From Algoriella sp. (GTDB taxonomy: Bacteria > Bacteroidota > Bacteroidia > Flavobacteriales > Weeksellaceae): 64,000 nucleotides of DNA. Made by a program: the position numbers and the translations under genes. Shown here one piece after another: positions 9,433 to 18,870 of the stretch (positions are counted from its first letter, which is position 1; each line of letters opens with the position of its first letter). The stretch spans positions 19-64,018 of the forward strand of contig NZ_JAVXKG010000016.1 of the NCBI RefSeq assembly GCF_036647415.1, in the 5' to 3' direction. The notes beneath the pieces were generated by a model. The model saw nothing but the letters and a program-made list of their open reading frames with translations. It was not told the origin of the DNA and searched no databases.

Positions 9433-9622
9433 TAGTATAATCTATTAAACATGTCTTAGTGAACCTTAAATTTAATTATTTTAGTTTGAATTTTAACACT
9501 TTATAAATAGTTTTCATTTTTCCACAATTAATTCCTAATTATTATCTTTTTCAAAAATTAATCAAAATATTTTTAATTTCATTTTACTATTTAGTAGTAT
9601 AATCAAATTCTCCATAAACAAA

Positions 9623-9649
9623 AAAATCCCTCTATATAAGAGGGATTTT
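9623..9649. terminator. Terminator after efp
   Basis: AAAATCCCTCT...AGAGGGATTTT. Confidence 0.8.
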
Positions 9650-9671
9650 AAAAAATATATTATAAAAAATA

Positions 9672-10235
9672 TTATTTCATTCGTTCTACATAAGAACCAT
9701 CTTCTGTGTTGATTTTTACTTTATCACCTTCGTTGATAAATAAAGGAACACGAATTTCTGCTCCAGTTTCAGTTGTTGCAGGTTTTGTTGCATTGGTTGC
9801 AGTATCACCTTTAAGACCTGGTTCTGTATATGTAATTTCCAAAACTACAGTGTTTGGTAATTCTGCTGCTAAAGCTGTTTCGTCTGAAGCACGGAATATG
9901 ATTTTTATTTCGTCACCAGCTTTCATAAATTGAGAATTATCAATCAAGCCTTTATTTAAATAAACTTGAGAAAAATCGTCATTATTCATGAAATGGAAAC
10001 CATTATCATCTTCGTATAAATATTGGTAGTTACGTGTTTCTACACGAACTTCTTCAATTTTATGACCTGCAGAAAATGTATTATCTAATACTTTTCCGTT
10101 TGTCAAAGATTTTAATTTTGTACGAACAAAAGCTGGGCCTTTACCTGGTTTTACGTGTAAAAATTCGATAATTTTATAGGTATCATTATTAAAAACGATA
10201 CATAAACCTTTTCTGATATCAGAAGTTGTTGCCAT
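9672..10235 (-). CDS. efp: Elongation factor P
   Basis: HVKPGKGPAFVRTKL, PGLKGDTA. Confidence 0.98.
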   Translation of the reverse strand: MATTSDIRKGLCIVFNNDTYKIIEFLHVKPGKGPAFVRTKLKSLTNGKVLDNTFSAGHKIEEVRVETRNYQYLYEDDNGFHFMNNDDFSQVYLNKGLIDNSQFMKAGDEIKIIFRASDETALAAELPNTVVLEITYTEPGLKGDTATNATKPATTETGAEIRVPLFINEGDKVKINTEDGSYVERMK

Positions 10236-10256
10236 TTATTTTATTTGTTATTTTGA

Positions 10257-11051
10257 TTAAACACCCGAGCTATAACCTTTCATAATTCCACGATCACTTG
10301 TATTTATAAAATTCAAGATGATTTCACGATAATGCGAATCTGGGAATTTTTCTAAGATTTGTTCTACAGCTTGAGATACATTGTTTTTTTGTTGATATAA
10401 AATTCTGTAAATACCTTGTATTTCGTAGATTTCCTCTGAAGTAAATCCTTTTCTTCTTAATCCAATAGCATTTACACCTGCATAAGCTACAGGATTTTTT
10501 GCTGCTTTTACATAAGGAGGAACGTCTTTACGGATTTGTGTTGCGCCTGCTATGAATGCGTGTTCACCAATTTTTGTAAATTGATGTACGGCACTATAAC
10601 CACCAATAAAAGCATAATCTCCTACTTCTATATGACCAGCTAAACCTACTGCATTTACAATAACTACATTATTACCTACTACACAGTCGTGTGCAATATG
10701 TGCAGTTGCCATAATCAAACAATTGTCTCCGATTTTTGTATAACCTAAAGCATTTGTTCCTTTATTTACTGTTACGCACTCTCTTATCGTAGTATTATCT
10801 CCGATATAAGTTAACGTTTTTTCTCCTTCGTACTTCAAGTCTTGTGGTTCACCAGAAATAACCGTACCTGGATAAATTTTACAATTTTTACCAATACGTG
10901 ATCCTGGCATTATTGTTACATTGGGACCAATCCAAGTTCCGTCGCCAATTTCTACATCTTCATAAACAGATGCAAAAGGGCTAATTGTAACATTTTCACC
11001 TAAAATCGCAGTTGGATGAACGTATGCCATCGGATGATTCATAACTTCCAT
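10257..11051 (-). CDS. lpxA: UDP-N-acetylglucosamine acyltransferase
   Basis: Hexapeptide repeats, PQDLK, HIAHDC, VHQF. Confidence 0.97.
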   Translation of the reverse strand: MEVMNHPMAYVHPTAILGENVTISPFASVYEDVEIGDGTWIGPNVTIMPGSRIGKNCKIYPGTVISGEPQDLKYEGEKTLTYIGDNTTIRECVTVNKGTNALGYTKIGDNCLIMATAHIAHDCVVGNNVVIVNAVGLAGHIEVGDYAFIGGYSAVHQFTKIGEHAFIAGATQIRKDVPPYVKAAKNPVAYAGVNAIGLRRKGFTSEEIYEIQGIYRILYQQKNNVSQAVEQILEKFPDSHYREIILNFINTSDRGIMKGYSSGV

Positions 11052-11059
11052 TTCTTTAA

Positions 11060-12448
11060 TTATTCTTTTGTAATAACTGCCATCATTTCTGCTTCTACAG
11101 CAATCTGATTGTTTACATATCCTATTCCTTGCATATGTACAATCCCTCTACGAATTGGTTCGATTAACTCTAATTTAAATACAATTGTATCTCCTGGAAC
11201 AATTTTGCGTTTAAATCTTGCGTTTTCAATTTTCATGAAATATGTCGAATATTCTTGCGGATTTTCTAATTCTCCTAAAATCAAAAGACCACCTAATTGT
11301 GCCATTGCCTCTATTTGTAAAACGCCTGGCATTACAGGTTCTTTAGGGAAATGTCCAACAAAAAATGGTTCGTTCATCGTCACATTTTTTACACCAACTA
11401 ATCCTGTAGGTGATTTAGAGATTACTTTATCAATCAATAAAAATGGTGGGCGATGTGGCAACAATTTCATGATTTGATTGATATCGTAAACAGGTTCTAC
11501 AGTTAAATCAAATTCAGGCACCTTATTACGTTGCGCTAATTTGATTTGTTTACTTAATTTTTTCGCAAAATTAGTATTTGTATGATGTCCTGGTTTTGTT
11601 GCAATAATTTTTGCTTTCAATTTTTTACCTACCAAAGCTAAATCTCCCACCACATCTAATAATTTATGACGAGCTGCTTCGTTTGGATAATGTAAAGTTA
11701 AATGATCTAAAATTCCGTTTGGACGGATTGATACATCATCACGATTGAATGCCTTGCACAGTTTTTCTTTTGTTTCTGGTGTTATTTCTTTGTCAACGTA
11801 AACTATTGCGTTGTCCAAATCTCCACCTTTTACAAGACCTGCATCTAACAAATGTTCTAACTCATGTAAGAAACAAAATGTACGTGCTTCAGAGATATCT
11901 TGTTTAAAGTTTTTGATTGATGATAAAGTTGCATTTTGAGTTCCCAAAACTTTTGTTCCGAAATCTACCATTGCTGTTACTTGATAATCATCTGACGGTA
12001 TCGCTGTTATTTCTGATCCTGTTTCTGGATCTACATACGATATAATTTCTTTAATTCTGTAATATTCTCTTTCCTTGTCTTGCTCAATTATACCAGCACT
12101 CTCTATTGCTTCGATAAAAAACTTTGAAGAACCGTCCATAATTGGAGGTTCTGCATTATCTATTTCAATATAACAGTTATCTATATCCATACCAACCAAA
12201 GCTGCCAAAACATGCTCTGTTGTATGTATTTTAACTCCTTTTTTTTCTAAAGTTGTTCCTCTTGCAGTACTTACCACATATTGTGCATCAGCCTCTACTT
12301 GAGGTTGCCCTTCTAAATCTGTTCTTACAAATACAAATCCGACATCTGGATCTGCAGGTTTAAATGTTAAACTAACATATTTACCTGTATGTAAACCAAC
12401 TCCTTTTAGAATAGCTTCTTTCGCTAAAGTTTTTTGTTTATCAGACAT
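11060..12448 (-). CDS. lpxC-fabZ: Bifunctional LpxC/FabZ
   Basis: GVGLHTG, TTEHVLAAL, HKLLD; C-terminal LPHRPPFLLID and MPGVLQIEAMAQ. Confidence 0.97.
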   Translation of the reverse strand: MSDKQKTLAKEAILKGVGLHTGKYVSLTFKPADPDVGFVFVRTDLEGQPQVEADAQYVVSTARGTTLEKKGVKIHTTEHVLAALVGMDIDNCYIEIDNAEPPIMDGSSKFFIEAIESAGIIEQDKEREYYRIKEIISYVDPETGSEITAIPSDDYQVTAMVDFGTKVLGTQNATLSSIKNFKQDISEARTFCFLHELEHLLDAGLVKGGDLDNAIVYVDKEITPETKEKLCKAFNRDDVSIRPNGILDHLTLHYPNEAARHKLLDVVGDLALVGKKLKAKIIATKPGHHTNTNFAKKLSKQIKLAQRNKVPEFDLTVEPVYDINQIMKLLPHRPPFLLIDKVISKSPTGLVGVKNVTMNEPFFVGHFPKEPVMPGVLQIEAMAQLGGLLILGELENPQEYSTYFMKIENARFKRKIVPGDTIVFKLELIEPIRRGIVHMQGIGYVNNQIAVEAEMMAVITKE

Positions 12449-12454
12449 TAACTT

Positions 12455-13480
12455 TTACTTTTGTTTGTTTTCTTTTTCTAACTTATCGATACGTTTCACA
12501 ATTTCTGGAAACTTTCTAAAATGCACATACGACTTTCTAAAACTCGTTGCGTCAATTGCTGGCGAACCATACAATTGTGTATTACTCTCTACATCTGCGT
12601 TGATACCGCTTTGGGCTTGCACTTGTACAAAGTCTCCTATTGTCAAATGTCCCACGATACCTACTTGTCCTCCTATCATACAATTACGTCCAATTTTAGT
12701 TGAACCTGCTACTCCTGTTTGTGAAGCAATTACAGTATTCTCTCCTATTTGTACATTATGCGCTATCTGTATTTGGTTATCTAATTTTACTCCTTTTCGG
12801 ATTACAGTAGATCCCATTGTTGCTCTATCTATTGTAGATCCTGCTCCTATTTCTACATCATCTTCGATTAAAACATTTCCTATTTGAGGAATTTTTTCAA
12901 AAGAACCATCTGCAGTTGGTGCAAATCCAAAACCATCTGCTCCAATTACTACATTAGAATGAATGATGCAGTTTTTTCCTATTTCGCACTCATTATACAC
13001 TTGTGCGCCTGAATATAAAACTGTATTGTCTCCAATTTTAACGTAATCTCCAATTGTTACATTTGGATATATTTTTACATTATTTCCTATTGAAACATTT
13101 GCTCCAATATAAGAAAAACTTCCAATATATACATTATCTCCAAGCTGTGCCGTCGAATTTATTTTTGCAAATTCTTCTATTCCAACTTTATTATTTTTGA
13201 TCGTATTATAATGTTGCAATAATTGCGTAAATGCTTGGTAGGCATCTTCTACTACAATTAATGTAGATGATATAGCATCAGTAGCCACAAAATCTTTACT
13301 TACAATAACAATAGATGCTTTTGTAGTATAAATAAATTGCTCGTACTTCGGATTTGCTAAAAACGAAATCGTTCCTTCTGTTCCTTCTTCTATTTTCGAC
13401 AAGGTCGAAACTTCTACATTTGCATCCCCTTTTACGGTTCCTTGCAATAATTGCGCAATCTCTGCAGCTTTAAATTTCAT
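12455..13480 (-). CDS. lpxD: UDP-3-O-acylglucosamine N-acyltransferase
   Basis: DGFGF, IDRAT, KLDNQIQIAHN; ATG at 13480 preferred over TTG at 13489. Confidence 0.96.
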   Translation of the reverse strand: MKFKAAEIAQLLQGTVKGDANVEVSTLSKIEEGTEGTISFLANPKYEQFIYTTKASIVIVSKDFVATDAISSTLIVVEDAYQAFTQLLQHYNTIKNNKVGIEEFAKINSTAQLGDNVYIGSFSYIGANVSIGNNVKIYPNVTIGDYVKIGDNTVLYSGAQVYNECEIGKNCIIHSNVVIGADGFGFAPTADGSFEKIPQIGNVLIEDDVEIGAGSTIDRATMGSTVIRKGVKLDNQIQIAHNVQIGENTVIASQTGVAGSTKIGRNCMIGGQVGIVGHLTIGDFVQVQAQSGINADVESNTQLYGSPAIDATSFRKSYVHFRKFPEIVKRIDKLEKENKQK

Positions 13481-13486
13481 AGTTTG

Positions 13487-13494
13487 CAAAACTA
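13487..13494 (-). promoter_or_regulatory. Bacteroidota -7 promoter box for lpxD
   Basis: TAGTTTTG (TAnnTTTG) 6 nt before the ATG. Confidence 0.55.
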
Positions 13495-13559
13495 ATAATT
13501 ATTCTTAAATTTATAAAATGAATATTTAAGTTATTTAACTTTTTTGTCAAATTCTTTTA

Positions 13560-14777
13560 TCATTTTATACTATGGTAATGGTATTTTGTTATTTCTTGTT
13601 GTAAAAACTGTGTTAATAAGCTTTTCTCTGAATTAGAAATTTCTTTTACTTCCCCATTTTTAAATAAAATTTTAATTGGATTTTTTGATTTATCATACGG
13701 AATTATTTTTATCGTAGTTTGTTCTACAAAATAACTTGCGTCATCAATTTTAAAAAATTCTTTGACACGTTCTTTTTCAACAAATAATTCTGCATCTGTC
13801 AATTCTTTATCCATCAAAAATGATTTTGGTAATTTACGTTCAATGATACTTCGAGATAATTTACTCAATATCAAATCATCATGAAACTGCCATTCTTTTA
13901 TCGAAGATAAAACATCACTATCATCTAATTGTGTGAAAATTTCTAATCCTTTTCGCGATAAATTTCCTTTTTCGTTGTCTTGTAAAAAATAATTGAAAGC
14001 AGAAGTTGCAAATAACTTCTCTCCTCCTTTCACCAATTCTTTTGCTCTTTTTAGTACACTAATCAAGAAATTTTCTGCCGTAAACGACTTCTTGTGCATA
14101 TATACTTGCATATACATAAACATACGTGCCATCAAAAATTTTTCGACAGATGAAATTCCTTTTGATTCTATGACTAATTCATTTTGAGAAACATTCATCA
14201 TCGAAATGATACGTTCGGGATTAATATTTCCCTCTACAACTCCCGTATAAAAACTATCACGTTTCAGATAATCCATTCGATCAAGATCTAATTGACTAGA
14301 TACCAATTGAGAAAGAAATTTTTTATGATATTCTCCTTTGAAAATCTGAATTGCTACTGAAAGTTTATTCTCAAAAATTTGATTTAATTCTTGCATCAAT
14401 CGAAGTGAAACTTCTTCATGATGTAAACCGTTAATTATAGAATGTTCTAGTGAATGTGAGAAAGGACCATGACCTAAATCATGCAAAAGAATGGCAATTA
14501 AAGCGCCATTTTCTTCTTCTGGAGAGATTTCTACATTTTTTCGTTTCAAAATATTCAAGGTTTTTTGCATTAAATGCATACAACCTAATGCGTGATGAAA
14601 CCTAGAATGTCGAGCTCCGGGATAAACAAGTTCTGTTAAACCTGTTTGAGAAATACGTCGTAAACGTTGAAAATAGGGATGTTGAATAATTTGATAAATA
14701 AGTTCGTTAGGTATTGTAATAAATCCATGTACTGGATCATTGACTACCTTTAACTTATTATTGTTTAATGAATTCAA
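13560..14777 (-). CDS. HD-domain phosphohydrolase (SAMHD1/dNTPase-like family)
   Basis: DPVHG, FQRLRRISQ, HSRFHH, LHDLGHGPFSH, LDLDRMDY; TTG at 14777 preferred because the ORF-track start overlaps a TATCTTTG box. Confidence 0.88.
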   Translation of the reverse strand: MNSLNNNKLKVVNDPVHGFITIPNELIYQIIQHPYFQRLRRISQTGLTELVYPGARHSRFHHALGCMHLMQKTLNILKRKNVEISPEEENGALIAILLHDLGHGPFSHSLEHSIINGLHHEEVSLRLMQELNQIFENKLSVAIQIFKGEYHKKFLSQLVSSQLDLDRMDYLKRDSFYTGVVEGNINPERIISMMNVSQNELVIESKGISSVEKFLMARMFMYMQVYMHKKSFTAENFLISVLKRAKELVKGGEKLFATSAFNYFLQDNEKGNLSRKGLEIFTQLDDSDVLSSIKEWQFHDDLILSKLSRSIIERKLPKSFLMDKELTDAELFVEKERVKEFFKIDDASYFVEQTTIKIIPYDKSKNPIKILFKNGEVKEISNSEKSLLTQFLQQEITKYHYHSIK

Positions 14778-14976
14778 ACGTAAAAAATTTATTAACAAAG
14801 ATATAAAATATAGTCAATCATTAACACGACTTTACCATAAATCATCAATTTGAGAAAAATATTTTTAATACGATTAATTTTTTGGACAGATTTATGCTAT
14901 TTAACCGTTTAAATATTTAGCATTTCCAAAGTTTTAGTTTAACAAACAATTTAGATTTTAACACTTCCGTTATCTC

Positions 14977-14984
14977 TATATTTG
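14977..14984 (+). promoter_or_regulatory. -7 promoter box for porX
   Basis: TATATTTG; contains the TTG used as start in the ORF track. Confidence 0.55.
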
Positions 14985-15035
14985 GAAATAGTAAGAAAAA
15001 TAAGAAAACAATTACAACAACATAAAAATACAGAT

Positions 15036-16589
15036 ATGGCTATAAAAATTTTATGGATAGACGATGAAATCGATTTATTGAAACCACACCAACTTTTTTT
15101 AGAGAAAAAAGGCTATGAAACAACAATGATTAATAATGCAACTGATGCCTTAGATGAAATTGAGAAAGAAAATTTTTCTGCTGTATTAATTGACGAAAAT
15201 ATGCCAGGTCTTAGCGGTTTGGAAGCTTTACCAAAAATTAAAGAATTACGCCCAAATCTTCCTGTAATTATGGTTACAAAAAGTGAAGAAGAGCATATTA
15301 TGGAAGATGCAATTGGCTCTCATATTGCAGATTACTTGATTAAACCCGTTAATCCAAATCAAATATTATTGAGTTTGAAAAAGATTTTGGATTCTTCTAA
15401 ACTTATCTCAGAAAAAACGGTGATTAATTACCAACAAGAATTCAGAAATATCACAATGGATATGATGAATGCGCGTGATTATGAAGATTGGCAAGAAATT
15501 TATAAAAAATTAGTTTTCTGGGAATTAGAATTAGAAAATATTGAAGACAAAGCACTTTCTGAGATCATAGAAAATCAGAAAAGTGAAGCAAATGCGGCTT
15601 TTTTCAAATTTATAGAGCGCAATTATGAAGATTGGTTACATGATGAGGATGACAGACCAATATTGTCGCACACGGTTTTCAAAGAATTAGTGAAACCATT
15701 GTTATCTAAAGACGAAAAAGTTTTGTTGATTTTGGTTGATAATTTACGCTACGATCAATGGAAAGTTATTGAACCAATTTTTAATCGTTATTATAATTCG
15801 GAACAAGAAAATTTATATTACAGCATTTTACCAACTGCTACACAATACGCTCGTAATGCGTTTTTCTCTGGTTTGATGCCATTAGAAATTGAAAAAAAGT
15901 ATCCCCAATATTGGTTAAATGATACTGATGAAGGAAACAAAAATATGTACGAAAAAGATTTATTGGGTGAGCAACTAAAACAGCTTGGTTTAGGAAATTT
16001 ATCGTACAATTATTTCAAAATATTAAATTCAGATTTCGAGAAAAAAATCGCGGATGATTTTAATAATTATAAAAATAATGACCTTAATGTAATCGTTTAT
16101 AATTTTATCGACATCTTATCTCACGCCAAAACGGACAATAAAATTGTTGCAGAAATGATTCGAGATGATAAAACTTATCGATCAATCACAAAACACTGGT
16201 TTGAAAATTCATACTTGATGGAAATTGTAAAAAAAGCAGCACATGAAAAAATGAAAATTGTTGTAACTACCGATCACGGAACAATTTACGTAAAAGAACC
16301 AACTAAAGTTATTGGTGATAAAGAAGCAAGCACAAATTTGCGTTACAAATTAGGAAAACAATTGCAATACGATCCGAAAGATGTTTTGGCGATAGATCAG
16401 CCAGAAAGATTCTTTTTACCTAAGGTAAATGTTACGTCAAAGTATATCTTTGCAAAAGAAAATTTATTTTTAACGTATCCAAAAAATTACAATCATTTTG
16501 TTAATTATTATAAAAATACCTATCAACATGGTGGTATCTCATTAGAAGAAATAATAATACCAATGGTTGTTTTAACACCAAAAAATTAA
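15036..16589 (+). CDS. porX: PorX response regulator (REC plus PglZ phosphodiesterase)
   Basis: ILWIDDE, IDENMPG, VDNLRYDQW, PTATQYARN, TTDHG, QHGGISLEE; upstream of tsaE. Confidence 0.93.
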   Translation: MAIKILWIDDEIDLLKPHQLFLEKKGYETTMINNATDALDEIEKENFSAVLIDENMPGLSGLEALPKIKELRPNLPVIMVTKSEEEHIMEDAIGSHIADYLIKPVNPNQILLSLKKILDSSKLISEKTVINYQQEFRNITMDMMNARDYEDWQEIYKKLVFWELELENIEDKALSEIIENQKSEANAAFFKFIERNYEDWLHDEDDRPILSHTVFKELVKPLLSKDEKVLLILVDNLRYDQWKVIEPIFNRYYNSEQENLYYSILPTATQYARNAFFSGLMPLEIEKKYPQYWLNDTDEGNKNMYEKDLLGEQLKQLGLGNLSYNYFKILNSDFEKKIADDFNNYKNNDLNVIVYNFIDILSHAKTDNKIVAEMIRDDKTYRSITKHWFENSYLMEIVKKAAHEKMKIVVTTDHGTIYVKEPTKVIGDKEASTNLRYKLGKQLQYDPKDVLAIDQPERFFLPKVNVTSKYIFAKENLFLTYPKNYNHFVNYYKNTYQHGGISLEEIIIPMVVLTPKN

Positions 16590-16993
16590 TGGAATTTATA
16601 ATTCATACTTTAGACGAAATACCAGAAGTTGCAAAAGAAATTTTTAGTCAACTAAAACATAAATTAATCACTTTCGAAGGAGAAATGGGAGCTGGGAAAA
16701 CAACTTTTATCAAAGAATTTGTAAAAGTTTTAGGTACAAGCGATGAAGTATCTAGCCCTACTTTTTCTATTGTGAATGAATATGATACCGATAATGGAAA
16801 GGTATATCATTTTGATTTTTACCGTCTAAACCATGAAGAAGAAGCACTGGATTTTGGAATTGAAGATTATTTATATTCAAATCAATATTGTTTAATGGAA
16901 TGGCCAAATAAAATTGCTAACTTTATACCAGACGAACATCATACTATAACAATAGAAAATATTGAAGGTAGACGTCATATAAATTTCAATTAA
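16589..16993 (+). CDS. tsaE: tRNA t6A biosynthesis ATPase TsaE
   Basis: GEMGAGKTT, SSPTF, HFDFYRL, EWP. Confidence 0.96.
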   Translation: MEFIIHTLDEIPEVAKEIFSQLKHKLITFEGEMGAGKTTFIKEFVKVLGTSDEVSSPTFSIVNEYDTDNGKVYHFDFYRLNHEEEALDFGIEDYLYSNQYCLMEWPNKIANFIPDEHHTITIENIEGRRHINFN

Positions 16994-16996
16994 ACT

Positions 16997-18202
16997 ATGG
17001 ACGGAAAAAATATTTTTACGCCTTTTTCTCAGGAAGATTTAATTCCTCAGCCCGAGCGATTAGAAATTCCTCGTAAAAAAGACCGATTTGATATTGGGAT
17101 TCCAAAAGAAACAAATAATCAAGAAAAAAGAATTTGCCTTTCTCCAGATGCAGTCGAAATTTTAGTTAATAATGGTCATTTAGTTACCATAGAAACTGGA
17201 GCTGGAGAAGGTGCAAACTATACTGATAAAGAATATTCGGAAGCTGGTGCAGAAATTTCATATAATACACAAGCCGTTTTCGAAAAACCAATTATTCTAA
17301 AAGTTGGTCCATTAACATTAGAAGAAATAGATTGGATAAAACCAAATACACTAGTCATTTCATCTGTACCAACAAATACATTAAAACGCGAATATTTTCA
17401 GAAATTAATCACAAAACGTGTTGATGCTGTTGGTTTTGAATTTATTAGAGATGAACAAAACCACTTACCTGTAGTTCGCTTATTAAGCGAAATTGCTGGT
17501 ACAACTGCAATTTTGGTTGCAAGTGAGTTAATGTGTTCTACCAATGGCGGAAATGGAATTCTGATGGGTGGCGTAACAGGAGTCCGCCCTACAGAGGTTG
17601 TAATTCTTGGAGCGGGAACAGTTGCAGAAAATGCAACAAGAACGGCTTTAGGTTTGGGTGCTTCGGTTCGTGTTTTTGATAATTCTTTGACAAGATTAAG
17701 ACGTTTACAACAAAATATTGGGCAACGTGTTTCCACTTCTACAATAGATCCTAAGGAATTAGGAAAAGCTTTACGTCGTTGCGATTTAGCAATTGGTGCA
17801 TTGCGTGGCGAAACAAGAACACCTTGCGTTGTTAGTGAAATGATGGTTCAGAATATGAAACCTGGCGCTGTAATTATAGATGTAAGTATAGACCAAGGTG
17901 GTTGCTTTGAAACTTCTGAATTAACAACACACGATCATCCGACAATTATTAAGAATGATATAATTCATTATGCCGTTTCTAATATAACTTCTCGCGTTGC
18001 GCGTACGTCTACCAAAGCATTGAGCAATTATTTTTTATTCTATTTATTACAAATTGCCGAAGAATCTGGCTTCTCAAATGTGGTACAAACGGATAAAACT
18101 GTAAGAAATGGTGTATATTTGTACAAAGGTAGAATTGTAAAAAAGAATTTAGGGGATTGGTTTGATTTACCATTTCACGATATTAATTTATTGATTATAT
18201 GA
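16997..18202 (+). CDS. ald: Alanine dehydrogenase-like protein
   Basis: IGIPKE, SEIAG, ILGAGTVA, DVSIDQGGCFETS; catalytic His appears absent. Confidence 0.8.
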   Translation: MDGKNIFTPFSQEDLIPQPERLEIPRKKDRFDIGIPKETNNQEKRICLSPDAVEILVNNGHLVTIETGAGEGANYTDKEYSEAGAEISYNTQAVFEKPIILKVGPLTLEEIDWIKPNTLVISSVPTNTLKREYFQKLITKRVDAVGFEFIRDEQNHLPVVRLLSEIAGTTAILVASELMCSTNGGNGILMGGVTGVRPTEVVILGAGTVAENATRTALGLGASVRVFDNSLTRLRRLQQNIGQRVSTSTIDPKELGKALRRCDLAIGALRGETRTPCVVSEMMVQNMKPGAVIIDVSIDQGGCFETSELTTHDHPTIIKNDIIHYAVSNITSRVARTSTKALSNYFLFYLLQIAEESGFSNVVQTDKTVRNGVYLYKGRIVKKNLGDWFDLPFHDINLLII

Positions 18203-18579
18203 CGTTAACGCAAAGATTTATGAAGTTTGGAATGGGCGTAGGAATTGGCTTGGTTTTTATAGCTATGGCCTTTGGTCCAAGAGCCTTTTCTTGTAATTAT
18301 TTTCCAAATGCAAGAGTTTTAGATGAAGCTTACTCTAAAAGATTATCATTTTCTCCAGAAGCACAAGCTTTTTTGAAAGCAGAGAGTTTAGATTCTGTTT
18401 TCTTGAAAAAACAATTGTTTGCTAAAAGTAAGGTTGATTTTGATAAATCTAAAAAAGATCAGGTTCCATGTAGAGAATATTATGCGACTTATGAAAGTAA
18501 AGATAAAACAAAGAATTACGAATTTACTTTTGATGTCTGTAAAGAAGATTCAAAATTAGTTTCGATTAATAAAAAGTAA
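18199..18579 (+). CDS. Conserved membrane-anchored protein (DUF4258-like)
   Basis: N-terminal TM, CNYFPNARVL. Confidence 0.6.
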   Translation: MTLTQRFMKFGMGVGIGLVFIAMAFGPRAFSCNYFPNARVLDEAYSKRLSFSPEAQAFLKAESLDSVFLKKQLFAKSKVDFDKSKKDQVPCREYYATYESKDKTKNYEFTFDVCKEDSKLVSINKK

Positions 18580-18580
18580 A

Positions 18581-18610
18581 AAAAATCCCTCTAAAACAGA
18601 GGGATTTTTT
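18581..18610. terminator. Terminator after the porX operon
   Basis: AAAAATCCCTCT...AGAGGGATTTTT. Confidence 0.85.
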
Positions 18611-18870
18611 TATATATTTTAATTCATAACTTGTAATAAAACGAATAATACGACTAACATTATTACAGAAACTATTATAACATCTTTAAATTTAATTTTC
18701 TTCGTACCGAATTCTACATTTCGATTCAAACTTTTCTTCTTTCTATTGGCTTGCATAGGATTGGTAATTTAAATAACAAATTTAGTGACTTTTATTTAAC
18801 AATTTACATGCCATTTATCAAGATTACATTAATAATTAAAAAGTTAAATAATCTATAATTTTAATAGAAA

